Assembly: GCA_963845085.1 (NCBI GenBank)
Contig: CAWJQI010000004.1
Coordinates: 544,001-608,000 of the forward strand
DNA: 64,000 nucleotides
DNA from: Candidatus Fermentibacterota bacterium
GTDB taxonomy: Bacteria; Fermentibacterota; Fermentibacteria; Fermentibacterales; JCC-6
Reading direction: 5' to 3'
Shown here: one piece after another, positions 1 to 9,896 of the stretch
Layout of the letters: each line of letters begins with the position of its first letter
Position numbering within the stretch: the first letter of the stretch is position 1
The notes under the pieces: generated by a model
What the model saw: only the letters and a program-made list of their open reading frames with translations
Databases searched by the model: none
Told to the model about the DNA's origin: nothing
Position numbers and translations under genes: made by a program

Positions 1-293
1 CTGAACACCACGTCGGCATCACCCAGAACCGAGGAGACGGAGTGAAAATCCCTCACGTCGCCAATTCGGAACTCGAGAAGCCTTCTGAAGTTTTCAAAGA
101 TTATCTCATCGGTCGCCGCGAAGCGGTTGGCGTACGAGACGCGCATCTCGTGCTGTTTTGCCTCGTCGCGGGAGAAGACGATGACTTTTGAGGGCATGCC
201 CATCTCGCCGGAGAGCAGCCTTCTGACAAGAACCTTTCCGAGAGAACCGGTGCCTCCCGTGACAAGCAGCCGTTTACCTTCGAACGGGGACAT
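1..293 (-). CDS. Polysaccharide biosynthesis protein, CapD/FnlA-like UDP-GlcNAc 4,6-dehydratase (N-terminal part; runs off window)
   Basis: Not in ORF track. Manual translation from ATG at 293: MSPFEGKRLLVTGGTGSLGK...VFSRDEAKQ...IGDVRD...ADVVF, matching the SDR Polysacc_synt_2 motifs. Confidence 0.88.
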   Translation of the reverse strand, partial: MSPFEGKRLLVTGGTGSLGKVLVRRLLSGEMGMPSKVIVFSRDEAKQHEMRVSYANRFAATDEIIFENFRRLLEFRIGDVRDFHSVSSVLGDADVVF

Positions 294-1188
294 TCCATCC
301 TCTCCATTCATCGTAGCGGTTCATATCGTCACCAAGTGACGCAATCATATCATCAAGCGAAGGAATTTCCATCCCGAGTACCGATCGGAACCTGTCGGAG
401 CACAGGCTCCTGTTTTCGGCCGGTTCCGGAACGGGAACGACCTCGATACCCAGGCCGAGGGCAAGGCTGATCCGTTTCAGCAGGTCGCACTTGGATATCG
501 GTTCGGACGCGACATGGTAAAGCCCCTCGGTCCAGGGGCGCTGCGATATGATCCAACCCGTGAGTTCAGACAGGGCACCTGTTGTCAGCCCGCTCCAGAT
601 GGCGTTGCTGAACCCCCGGACCGAACCGTGCCGGTTGGAGAGGAACCACTCCAGAAGCCCGGTGGTCCGTTGCAGTTCCCTTCCTATTATCGATGTCCGG
701 AGTGTCAGGCATCCCCGCGAAACGGGTTCTCCGAGTGCCTTTGACCTTCCGTACAAGTCTGTGGCGTCAGGTCTGTCCTTCTCCGTGTAACCGCCTGTTC
801 CGCCTGAGAAAACGCAGTCCGTCCCTATGTGGATGAGCCAGATGTTCCGCTGTCTGCAGGCCTCGGCGAGCCTGTGCGGAAAGAGCGAATTCAGTTCGAT
901 GGCCGCAACCGGATCCGACCCTTCCGGACGCTGCCTGATGACACCGATGCAGTTGATAACAGCCTCGGGGCCAACGCTATCCAGAGTGTCCGTCACGGTT
1001 TCAAACCTGCGGGCGTCCACACCGACCCGCAGCCTCCCTTCGACGAACCCTGAATAGAATGCCTGCGGAGCCGGCAGACCGCCTTCCCCGCCCCGGACCG
1101 ACGCGAATGTCTCGAAGCGTCCTGAAAGGACCTCCAGCATCCTGTGTCCAAGCATTCCGCTTCCGCCCAGAACAAGCAATCTCTTCAA
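274..1188 (-). CDS. dTDP-4-dehydrorhamnose reductase-like SDR (RmlD family)
   Basis: GGSGMLG Rossmann motif, INCIG, TDCVFSG, YGRSK catalytic motif; TTG start at 1188 after GGAGG. Confidence 0.88.
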   Translation of the reverse strand: MKRLLVLGGSGMLGHRMLEVLSGRFETFASVRGGEGGLPAPQAFYSGFVEGRLRVGVDARRFETVTDTLDSVGPEAVINCIGVIRQRPEGSDPVAAIELNSLFPHRLAEACRQRNIWLIHIGTDCVFSGGTGGYTEKDRPDATDLYGRSKALGEPVSRGCLTLRTSIIGRELQRTTGLLEWFLSNRHGSVRGFSNAIWSGLTTGALSELTGWIISQRPWTEGLYHVASEPISKCDLLKRISLALGLGIEVVPVPEPAENRSLCSDRFRSVLGMEIPSLDDMIASLGDDMNRYDEWRGWNVPVRR

Positions 1189-1307
1189 TGAGCCTCCCGG
1201 AGCCGCATGCGTTCGCGTGCAACGGCGCACCCTCGAATCAGAAGAGATTATATTGCAGCCCATGGGCATTGCATACCCCGCTCTTCCCCGGGAGGTTGTT
1301 TCCGCAA

Positions 1308-2528
1308 ATGAATCGAAGGCTCATTGCGATATCCTTCGCCTACCCTCCGGAAATGTCTGCAATGGCCATCCTCGTCTGGCGCCTGCTGCGCCACTCCGGC
1401 AGCAGGTTCAGCGTGGTTTGCGGCTCGAGGGGGGTGGCATCCGACCATGGCCTTGCGGGAATGGCGGGGGACGGGGCTGAAGAGGTCATCTACGTTCCGT
1501 TCCGGGAAAACCCCCTGCACCTGCTTGCCAGACGGGTTCTCAGCCGGACTCCCCTTGTCCGGATGCTTGAGATCCCTGACATATACAGGCCTTGGGTTCC
1601 CCGGGCCACAGCGGCGGCCCTGGCTTTAAAACCTGACAGATCCGACGTCCTTGTGACGTTCGCTTCTCCGATGAGCGATCACCTCGCCGGCCTCTCAATT
1701 CGACGGAACAACCCCGGCATCCCGTGGGTGGCCTACTTCGGAGACCCCTGGACCCGGAACCCGATGATAAAATCCGATACTGTCGCGCGTGCGGCGAACC
1801 GGCGCATGGAAAGGGCCGTCGTTCACGGCGCCGATCTTCTGGTGTTTCCATGCGAGGAGATGAGCATCCTCACACTGAGGGGTTACAACAGCTCGATCCA
1901 CGATAAATCAAGGGTTGTCTCTCATGGCTTCGAGGAGACCCTCTACCCCCCGGACAGGCATGCAGCATCCCCGAATGTTTTCACCATCAGGCACCTGGGC
2001 AGCCTCTACGGCTCTCGGACTCCCTCAGACCTCGGCGCTGCAATGCGGCTTCTTCAGAGTACGGCTCCGGGCGTCGCAGGCAGGATTCGCTTCGAGTTTT
2101 ACGGATACCACTCGTCCGCACCCGATGCCGCCGAGTATCCCCCTGACACCTTCAGCTTCCATCCCGCAGTGGGGTATCTCGAGAGCCTTGATCTTATGCG
2201 GACGGCGGATGCCCTTCTTGTGATCACCCCAACCGAGGCCGATTCCGGTGCGTTCCTCCCGTCAAAGCTTATAGACTACACCGGCGCCCGAAGGCCGATC
2301 ATCGGGATCTGTCGTCCGGGGGTCTGCACGACTCTCATAAAAAATCTTGGCGGCTGGGTTTCCGGGGCAGGCGATCCAGCTAAACTGGCCGGGAATCTTG
2401 GAGAGCTCGTCGCCTTTCTTTCAACGGAGGAGGGCAACCGGCCGTGGGGGGACGAATCCGTCAGAGCCGGGTACACCGCTGAAAAGGCTGGCCGGGTCTT
2501 TGCCGGGTTCATCGAGGAGCTTCTCTGA
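1308..2528 (+). CDS. Glycosyltransferase (GT-B, GT4-like)
   Basis: ISFAYPP, YFGDPW, PSKLIDY motifs; ATG at 1308 after GGGAGG (ORF track start 1059 overlaps the divergent gene). Confidence 0.8.
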   Translation: MNRRLIAISFAYPPEMSAMAILVWRLLRHSGSRFSVVCGSRGVASDHGLAGMAGDGAEEVIYVPFRENPLHLLARRVLSRTPLVRMLEIPDIYRPWVPRATAAALALKPDRSDVLVTFASPMSDHLAGLSIRRNNPGIPWVAYFGDPWTRNPMIKSDTVARAANRRMERAVVHGADLLVFPCEEMSILTLRGYNSSIHDKSRVVSHGFEETLYPPDRHAASPNVFTIRHLGSLYGSRTPSDLGAAMRLLQSTAPGVAGRIRFEFYGYHSSAPDAAEYPPDTFSFHPAVGYLESLDLMRTADALLVITPTEADSGAFLPSKLIDYTGARRPIIGICRPGVCTTLIKNLGGWVSGAGDPAKLAGNLGELVAFLSTEEGNRPWGDESVRAGYTAEKAGRVFAGFIEELL

Positions 2529-3937
2529 AAGCGAACAGACCGGCAGGCGCCGTTGCGCCGGGCCACACATCCCCGCACCGAAGCATTGCGGTCACGTTCA
2601 CGGGGAACGTGCTCGCGTTTCTTGCCGCGCTCGCGGGAGGCATGATCACCGCAAGGGCACTGGGCCCCGCCGGACGGGGAGCTTTCGCTCTTCTGCACAC
2701 CACGCCCGATCTCATAACGAGCTTCGTGCTTCTTGGAATAGTGCAGACAAACGTCTGCTTCGTGTCGCAGGGAATACTGCCTGTCCGCAGGATGCTGGGC
2801 GTTTCCACTGCGGCCGCACTTTTTCAGTCAGCCGCCGGATTCCTGCTCTTTGCGGTCGCCGCTCTTTTCTGGAAAGAGCAGTTCTTCGGGAATTCGGGGC
2901 TTCCTCTCGTTGCCATGTCGGCGGCGCTGATACCACTGGGAATTTTCCAGGCACACTGGTCGTCCCTCCTGGGCGCCCTGAAGCAGTTCACCCGGCTGGC
3001 ATTCCTTCGTGCAATGGCTCCGTTCCTTCTGGTCCTGGGATACATCCTTCTTCTTGTGGTATTCAGGCTGGGCGTGAGCGGAGGCCTTATGGCCGTACTG
3101 CTTTCCTCGGCGGTCGTTGTTTCACTGATGCTCACAAGTCTGGGCCGCTATGCCGGGCGCAGGCGGAACACCCCTGACACCCCTGCGGAAGGCTTGTGCG
3201 ACGGGTTCTGGAAGAGGTACCTGACCTACGGGATCAAGCTTCATGCATCTGCGCTCATGTGGTTTCTGATCATCAAGGTCGACATCTACATGATCAAGTA
3301 CTTCCTCGACATCGAATCCGTAGGCTACTTCGCCCTTGCGTCGAGCCTCGCGGAGAAGCTGTGGCTGGTCACCACGTCGGCCAACACGGTGCTCCTTCCC
3401 TCGCTCGCCTCCATAGCCGATCCGCGGGAGAGGGCCATAATGGCAGCGAAGGCTTCGCGCCAGATCACGATCGTACTGCTTCCGTTCTTCCTTCTCGGAA
3501 TCTTTCTGGGCAGGCCGCTGATCATGATCCTCTACGGGGCGGAGTTCGAACCGTCAGCCGTCCCCTTCGTGATACTCCTGGGATCAACCCTTGTCCAGGC
3601 TCACAGATCGATCACTGCGAGCTTTTTCGAAAGCTCGGATCTGGCCCTTCTGAACGTCGCGACAAGGGCTGCGGCATTTCTGCTGAAGGTCATTCTGAAC
3701 GTGCTTCTGATCCCGGCGCTTCTCATGCAGGGAGCGGCCCTTTCGAGCCTCGTGGCATACTCGTTCGAATGGTATCTGGGAACCAGGGTGTTCCTCCGGC
3801 GAAACGGTCTGGGATGGAGGGATTCGATACCGGCCGCCCCCGATGCGGTGACGGTTTTCAGGAAGCTTTCTGACCTGCTGCACAACCCTCTCCGAACTGA
3901 CGCCGTCACCCCCTTCGACAAGGATGGGCTTCCGTGA
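2525..3937 (+). CDS. wzx: Wzx-type polysaccharide flippase (MOP family)
   Basis: Many hydrophobic helices; ARALGPAGRG, KVDIYMI, VGYFALA, QGAAL motifs. In-frame CTG at 2525 overlaps the upstream TGA after GAGGAG; alternative GTG start at 2609. Confidence 0.85.
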   Translation: MKANRPAGAVAPGHTSPHRSIAVTFTGNVLAFLAALAGGMITARALGPAGRGAFALLHTTPDLITSFVLLGIVQTNVCFVSQGILPVRRMLGVSTAAALFQSAAGFLLFAVAALFWKEQFFGNSGLPLVAMSAALIPLGIFQAHWSSLLGALKQFTRLAFLRAMAPFLLVLGYILLLVVFRLGVSGGLMAVLLSSAVVVSLMLTSLGRYAGRRRNTPDTPAEGLCDGFWKRYLTYGIKLHASALMWFLIIKVDIYMIKYFLDIESVGYFALASSLAEKLWLVTTSANTVLLPSLASIADPRERAIMAAKASRQITIVLLPFFLLGIFLGRPLIMILYGAEFEPSAVPFVILLGSTLVQAHRSITASFFESSDLALLNVATRAAAFLLKVILNVLLIPALLMQGAALSSLVAYSFEWYLGTRVFLRRNGLGWRDSIPAAPDAVTVFRKLSDLLHNPLRTDAVTPFDKDGLP

Positions 3938-5064
3938 AAGGTTCGGTCTGCTTCGTGGGCGGAGGGGTCAGAACACTGCTCGGGCTTCCCGACGGCGGTT
4001 CGGAACGGCAGATCGCACTGCTTGCGACCGAGCTTTCCAGAAGGGGCAGCAGGGTGAGCCTCGTGGTACCCGGTCTTCGTGAGGAATGCCGGATCGGCGG
4101 CATTGATGTGCGTTCCGGCTGGAACGGGGAGAAAGGCTGGCCGAAGGGGCTGCGTTTCTGGACGCACAGGCTGCCGGAACTGAAACGCACCATCGGGGGC
4201 ATTGAGCCCGATCTGCTCTACACAAGGGGTTTCTCGCTGTTCGCACCCGCTGTGGCTTCGGTTTCCGGAAGAACAGGGGCGACCTATCTTGCGGCGCTTG
4301 CCTGCGATGACGACCTTCGGACAAGGGCCCTGAGCCGGACCAGAGGGTTTGTTCAGAGCGCGGGCTACGGCTTCATGGCGAGAGCCCTGTTCAAGCGGTT
4401 CGCCCTCGGAAGGGCTGACCTTGTCCTTTCGCAGCATGGTGGCCAGGCCAGCGAATGCCGGAGGATGAAACTCCCTTCGCGCATCGTACGAAATGTTTTC
4501 GCACCTCCTGCGGTCATCCCTCCGGACCGTACGGTGTTCGACGCCGCCTGGGTCGGCCACATCTCCGAATTCAAGGGATTCGACAGGCTGCTCGACATTG
4601 CTGGCCGGGCGCGGGGATTGAAGATCGCCGTGGCCGGCGCGGTACAGGGCGGGCGCAACAACCGGCTCGTGGAACTCGCGCGCACGATTCCCGGCATTTC
4701 ATACCTCGGCGAGATGCCTCACGACGGGGTGCTTGCGCTCATGGCCGGCTCGTCCGTTCTTCTCAACACATCTCCAACCGAGGGTTTTCCAAACACATTC
4801 CTCGAAGCCTGGTATCTTGGAAAACCCGTCGTGAGCCTCTCGGCTGATCCGGACGGGGTTCTTTCGAGCGACGCGCCCCCGGGTCTCTGTGGAGGGGGCG
4901 ATACAGGGGCGACTGCGGATGCCCTTGTCCGGCTGTGCGGCGATCGTGAAAAAAGGATGGAAATGGGCGGGAGGGGCAGGTCCATTGTCGAGAGGGATCA
5001 CCTCGTCGCAGCGGTCGTCGACTCTCTCGAAGAGGCCTTTCTATCATCATCCGGTTCCACATAG
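3934..5064 (+). CDS. Glycosyltransferase family 4
   Basis: GGSERQ N-terminus, EGFPNTFLEAW motif; GTGA overlap with wzx. Confidence 0.9.
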   Translation: MKGSVCFVGGGVRTLLGLPDGGSERQIALLATELSRRGSRVSLVVPGLREECRIGGIDVRSGWNGEKGWPKGLRFWTHRLPELKRTIGGIEPDLLYTRGFSLFAPAVASVSGRTGATYLAALACDDDLRTRALSRTRGFVQSAGYGFMARALFKRFALGRADLVLSQHGGQASECRRMKLPSRIVRNVFAPPAVIPPDRTVFDAAWVGHISEFKGFDRLLDIAGRARGLKIAVAGAVQGGRNNRLVELARTIPGISYLGEMPHDGVLALMAGSSVLLNTSPTEGFPNTFLEAWYLGKPVVSLSADPDGVLSSDAPPGLCGGGDTGATADALVRLCGDREKRMEMGGRGRSIVERDHLVAAVVDSLEEAFLSSSGST

Positions 5065-6386
5065 GAGCCGGCAAGGCACTCCCAGCCTGAAGCCGGGCAG
5101 GCCGTCGGCCTCATCGCCGAACCAATCACGGAATGGATCTTCCCGCCGATCTGACCGGCCGACATGTACGCCGGGAGAGGCCAGCGAAACCCCGACGATG
5201 CCTGATGCAACACCGGAATCAGCCCCGGATCAAACCCGAGAAGCGCGCTGTGAAGCCGGTCGGCATCAACAGAGCTGTCGGAATAGGTAACGCAGCCAAG
5301 GGCAAAGGGCCACGGCTGCAGGGGGCCGTCCTTCTCTCCGCAGATCAGCGCATCGGTGAGGCTGACGATCCTTCTCTGCGGGGAGCCGTTCATCGTTCCA
5401 TCAGCCCTTCCGTAAAGGGCGATCCTGTTCACGTCGAGAACAGTGCGCCAGACCGTGTCGTTTCCGGACCACCCGCCTTCGATCTCGACATCACCGAACA
5501 GCACCTTCCTGATGTTCAGAAGAACGTCGGCTGCGAAAAGCCAGCGCGGGAAGGAGGCCCGGCCGATCCTCCGGTTCGCCCCGTCTATCATCGTCTCCGC
5601 CAGCCGCTTGAGAACACTCCTGCCGGGGTAGCAGTCGCCCCCCGCTTTAAAGCCGCCGACCCTGTGGTGCGGAAGGAATTCCTTGTTGCCGTTGATACCG
5701 ACAAGGTTCTTGAGCGCGCCCGTCATGCCGGCCTTGCGGTGAGTCTTCAACTTGGGCAGGTTGACTATGACATCGGCCTCCAGGGCTTCGCGGGCGATCA
5801 GGTACTGGTGTGTTCCGGGCGAATGCCTTCTTGCAAGAAGGTCGGGATCGTACATGGTCACCCTGAACCTTCCCGAAGGTCTTGAAACCGGCTCAAGCAT
5901 GCTGTCCGCCCCCAGGTCGAAGAGCACGAACATCTCATCCGGTCTGGCGTCGGGGCTCGTTCCTGCACGCAGGGATTCGCCGTGCATTATCGTCCGGCGG
6001 AAATCAGCAAGATGCAGAACGCCGTCCGGCATGATCCCTGCCATGGCCGCGGCAAATGATGGCGGAACAACGTCGGTCCAGTGGCAGCCCTGAATGGGTG
6101 CATCCCCGACGATGATCCTGGAAGGTCTGCACTTCACGATCTCGCGAAGGGCTGCAAGAACGAACTCCCGCTGCGTGTAAAGGCATTCCGTCCCGCCCCT
6201 GTCATTTCTGTGGTAAACCCAGTTCGGCTTCACCAGAACACTGTCTCCCGGCATTATCGGCAGGCGGGCGTCAGCCGTTCCGCATGCATCCTCAAGGGCC
6301 TCCCGTATCAGGGCATCGAGGTGACCCGGGGTGTACCACTCCGATTCCGGAACACCGTGCCTGAAAGCGTACGAAAGACCAATCAC
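4998..6386 (-). CDS. DUF362 domain protein
   Basis: VLVKPNWV, NLPKLKTH, TGALKNLVG, GEKDGP motifs; GTG at 6386 after GGGAGG. Confidence 0.85.
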   Translation of the reverse strand: MIGLSYAFRHGVPESEWYTPGHLDALIREALEDACGTADARLPIMPGDSVLVKPNWVYHRNDRGGTECLYTQREFVLAALREIVKCRPSRIIVGDAPIQGCHWTDVVPPSFAAAMAGIMPDGVLHLADFRRTIMHGESLRAGTSPDARPDEMFVLFDLGADSMLEPVSRPSGRFRVTMYDPDLLARRHSPGTHQYLIAREALEADVIVNLPKLKTHRKAGMTGALKNLVGINGNKEFLPHHRVGGFKAGGDCYPGRSVLKRLAETMIDGANRRIGRASFPRWLFAADVLLNIRKVLFGDVEIEGGWSGNDTVWRTVLDVNRIALYGRADGTMNGSPQRRIVSLTDALICGEKDGPLQPWPFALGCVTYSDSSVDADRLHSALLGFDPGLIPVLHQASSGFRWPLPAYMSAGQIGGKIHSVIGSAMRPTACPASGWECLAGSYVEPDDDRKASSRESTTAATR

Positions 6387-6492
6387 GCATGCCTCCCTGC
6401 GGCTTTTCTTTTGCCTGGACTGTGCCCGGCTTGTATAATCCTGAGCGAGGGTTGCGACAAGGACTCGAGTGCCCCACTCTGGAGACGATCGC

Positions 6493-7539
6493 TTGAACGA
6501 ACCAGTCCTGAAGGTTGCCGTGGGCCGCGATCGCGGGAAATGGCACGAAAAGTTCATGGATTCATTGGAGAAGAAGGCGGTGGAGATGCCCTGCCTTCGC
6601 ATTTCCCTTGTGAACATGGACCGCAGCGACTGGCTCTCGCAGATCGGCGACGCAACGCTCGTGCTGTGGAAACCACCCTACATGGGGCACGAGTTTGCCG
6701 GCTACGTGAAGGAAAAGGTCTTCCTGCTCGAGCGGTACCACGGAAAGGTAGTCCTGCCGAACTTTTCGACAGTGTGGCACTTCGAAAGCAAGATCGCCCA
6801 GAGTTATCTCTTCGACCTCTTGAACGTCAGCACACCGCGAACCGTTGTCAGTTTCGACTATGACGAGGCTTTGGAACTCGCCCGGCGGGAGTGCTTTCCG
6901 GTCGTGCAGAAGAAACCGGCAGGCGCCGGCAGCACCAATGTAAGGGCCCTGTACAGCCTCGGTGCCCTCAGGCGCCATCTCGAACACACTTTCAGCCTTT
7001 CCCTGTGGGACCGGAGCCAGAACGAGCCGGGCCGGGCGAAAAGGGTCGCGAAGGGAATCGCTCATCGCTGGTTCTGGGATTTTGCACGGCGAAGGCTCCT
7101 TCATTCCGATCTCTTCGGGGTCGCGTACTGGCAGGAATTCATTCCAGGCAACAACTCCGACCTTCGCATCACTGCAATAGGAGACAGGTTCGCAACGGGT
7201 TTCTGGAGACGCAACAGACCGGGAGACTTCCGGGCCAGCGGCAGCGGGAACATCGATTTCGAAACGCCCCTTCCCGAAGAGGCACTGAGATGCTGCCTCG
7301 ACATCAACAGAAGGCTTGATTTCGACTCGATGGCGTACGACATCCTTTTCCGCGACGGCAAAATGGTCATCTCGGAGATGTCTTACGGTTATTCCGACGC
7401 TGCAGTTCACAGGGTGAAAGGCTATTCCGTTCTTGAACCGGATGGAAGCCTTTCATTCGTACAGGGAAACACCTGGCCGCAGGAGCTGTGGGTCGAGTGG
7501 GCCCTGATCCGGGCGGGAAGGCGATGCAACCCCAGGTGA
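6493..7539 (+). CDS. RimK-like ATP-grasp ligase
   Basis: FESKIAQ, FPVVQKKPAGAGSTNV, QEFIPGN, DFRASGSG, MAYD...ISEMS; TTG at 6493 after GGAGA. Confidence 0.85.
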   Translation: MNEPVLKVAVGRDRGKWHEKFMDSLEKKAVEMPCLRISLVNMDRSDWLSQIGDATLVLWKPPYMGHEFAGYVKEKVFLLERYHGKVVLPNFSTVWHFESKIAQSYLFDLLNVSTPRTVVSFDYDEALELARRECFPVVQKKPAGAGSTNVRALYSLGALRRHLEHTFSLSLWDRSQNEPGRAKRVAKGIAHRWFWDFARRRLLHSDLFGVAYWQEFIPGNNSDLRITAIGDRFATGFWRRNRPGDFRASGSGNIDFETPLPEEALRCCLDINRRLDFDSMAYDILFRDGKMVISEMSYGYSDAAVHRVKGYSVLEPDGSLSFVQGNTWPQELWVEWALIRAGRRCNPR

Positions 7540-7579
7540 GGAATCCCGTGCACTATCCCTTCGATTCCGGTGATGTGCG

Positions 7580-8755
7580 GTGACGGCAGCCCGGCCCTGC
7601 AGGGTTGTAGTCGTTGCCGGGGCTTCACCTCATGACCCGGCGGCGGTCGGCGGGGTCAGCGGCTTTCTGAGAGCCCTGGAGAGGGTCGCTCCTCCCGAAT
7701 GGGTCCTTCTTGCACCTTCCGCCGACGGAACCGACAGCCCGGAAACGCTTGGCCCCTCTCTCTACGGCAGCCGCCTCCCTCACAGGCTGCTTTTCCCGCT
7801 GCGGCTGCTGCGCCGTCTTGGCAGGCTTGTGCACCTTGAACCGGATGTGGTTTATACCCACAGCAACGAGGCCGCGATGCTCCTGTGCATTCTTCGACGG
7901 CTCGGGCTGTTCAGGGCAGCCCTGGTCCATCACCAGCACGGTTCGGAGAACCCGCTCAGGTTTGCCACCTTTCGCCTCGGGAGGCTGCTGTTCCTTCCGG
8001 GGCTGTACGATGCAGTGCTCAGGCGGACTCACCGCGCGGTCGACCACATCATCGTAATCGACAAAATGTGCCTTGAGATGAACACGAAATGGGGTGTGCC
8101 CGGCAGCAGGATGACACTGTTGTCGAATGCGGTCGACACCGAGGTCTACCGCCCCTCGGCACAGCTGCGTGAAACCTTCCGCGAGGCGGAGCGCATCCCG
8201 AAGGATGCCTTTCTCTTCGCGTTTGCGGGAAGGCTCGAGGAGGTGAAGCGGATCCACCTGATCCTCGGGGCCCTGCGTCTATTGGAAGGAGGGGCGTGGC
8301 TGGTGGTCGCGGGCGATGGCTCGCTTCGATCCGGACTTGTGCGCCTTGCCGGATCGGAAGGCGTGGCGGATCGGACCATCTTCACCGGACCGCTCGACTC
8401 GGCAGCCATGCCAGCGCTCTACGCTGCTGCAGACTGCCTCGTGCTCCCATCAGCCGCCGAGGGGGTTCCCCTTGTAATACTCGAGGCGATGGCTGCGGGT
8501 ATCCCGGTCGTGGCAACAGCGGTGGGGGGCGTCACAGAGCTTCTCGATCCCGGGAGCGGGATCATCCTGAGTCCGGACATAACGGCACGGGAACTGGCGG
8601 ATGCCATGGAGGCCGCACGCAGGGCAACCTGGGACCCTGCTGCGATCAGGTCGGGGGCCGGCTCCCATTCAGGCCTGGCGGCCGTTTCGATCCTGTCCCG
8701 GGTATTTGCTTCGGTCGCGGCCCGGGGACGGCAGCGGAAGCGGAAGCCGCTCTGA
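7580..8755 (+). CDS. Glycosyltransferase family 4
   Basis: FAGRLEEVKR, EGVPLVILEAMAAG motifs. Confidence 0.92.
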   Translation: MTAARPCRVVVVAGASPHDPAAVGGVSGFLRALERVAPPEWVLLAPSADGTDSPETLGPSLYGSRLPHRLLFPLRLLRRLGRLVHLEPDVVYTHSNEAAMLLCILRRLGLFRAALVHHQHGSENPLRFATFRLGRLLFLPGLYDAVLRRTHRAVDHIIVIDKMCLEMNTKWGVPGSRMTLLSNAVDTEVYRPSAQLRETFREAERIPKDAFLFAFAGRLEEVKRIHLILGALRLLEGGAWLVVAGDGSLRSGLVRLAGSEGVADRTIFTGPLDSAAMPALYAAADCLVLPSAAEGVPLVILEAMAAGIPVVATAVGGVTELLDPGSGIILSPDITARELADAMEAARRATWDPAAIRSGAGSHSGLAAVSILSRVFASVAARGRQRKRKPL

Positions 8756-8756
8756 G

Positions 8757-9896
8757 TCAACCCCTGATACCGGCCCAGCGAAGAATCCCTCCAAGGCCTT
8801 CCGAGTACTCCGTGAATGAGTACTTCCTGGAAGCCTCGATGCCCCCGAGCGCAAGTGTCACCCTGAGGGAGGGGTCATCGAGAAGCCTTTTGATCGAGTC
8901 GGCGAGCAGGCCGGGGTTGCACGGTTCAGTGAGAAGGCCGGCAGTTCCGTTCAGCAGCACCTCCGGTATGGCTCCGATGTTTGTGGCCACCACCGGAACC
9001 CCCTTGCTCATCGCTTCCGCCAGTACAAGCCCGAACGCCTCTTCCCTCCTTGTGGGAAAAACGAGGATCGGCAAGCCCTCGGAAAGACGTGCCTCTATCT
9101 CGCGGTGCCCCATCTCGCCCACGACATGCACCCTGTCCTCCAGCCGGTTCCTCGCCGCCCAGTCCCTGATCTCTCCGAAGATTCCGATGTCGGTTTCGGG
9201 TCCGATGATCTCGAGATCGGGCAGATCCCTGCCCTGACTCGACAGGATTCCATAGGCTTCGGTAAGGTCCCATATCCCTTTGCGGGCCCTCACTGTCGAC
9301 AGGAAGAGGATCGCCGAGGGGCTGCCCGCAGCTCTGGCTGCCGCAGCATCAGGATCGGCGAACGCCCAGCCGGGAGGAAGGCAGTTCAAGAGAACCCTTG
9401 TTTTTTCCGGCGGAACCCCCACCGACACAAGGTCGTCGGCCACCACTTCGCTTGGGCCGATGCACCAGTCGAAGGATTGCCAGAACTTCTGAGTGTGCAT
9501 TGACTGGAACCGGCTGGGCCCCTCCTTCAGCTGCCTGTAGCGGACCATGTGGGAGTAGCCGATCCAGACCCTGGACAGATTTTTAACGAATGGAAAGAAA
9601 TAATAATCAAATGTCAAAGCGGGAGGCAGGGAGGCGGGAAGATAGAAGGCGGCGTCAAACCGGCGCAGCAGTGCCAGGCGGATCACCCGAAGCACCATGA
9701 AGGCAGCCCTGAACAGCTTGTAGGGTTTGACCTTGCCGATCTCGGTGTTCCTCCGTGAGAACGCCCTGTCAAGAACGGTGACTTCGCAGCCGTTAAGGGC
9801 CAGTGCCCTGACAAGATACCTTGTCATGACCAGGGAACCGTGCATGGCTCCGGAATTGTTTCCAACGACCAGGACTCGAAGCGGTTTTTCGCTCAT
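8757..9896 (-). CDS. Glycosyltransferase family 4
   Basis: EAFGLVLAEAMSKGVPVVAT motif. Confidence 0.92.
   Translation of the reverse strand: MSEKPLRVLVVGNNSGAMHGSLVMTRYLVRALALNGCEVTVLDRAFSRRNTEIGKVKPYKLFRAAFMVLRVIRLALLRRFDAAFYLPASLPPALTFDYYFFPFVKNLSRVWIGYSHMVRYRQLKEGPSRFQSMHTQKFWQSFDWCIGPSEVVADDLVSVGVPPEKTRVLLNCLPPGWAFADPDAAAARAAGSPSAILFLSTVRARKGIWDLTEAYGILSSQGRDLPDLEIIGPETDIGIFGEIRDWAARNRLEDRVHVVGEMGHREIEARLSEGLPILVFPTRREEAFGLVLAEAMSKGVPVVATNIGAIPEVLLNGTAGLLTEPCNPGLLADSIKRLLDDPSLRVTLALGGIEASRKYSFTEYSEGLGGILRWAGIRG

Noticed and set aside
1193..1295. Inverted repeat cctcccgg / ccgggagg flanking a divergent gap
   Set aside because: Fully explained by the GGAGG ribosome-binding sites of the two divergent genes.
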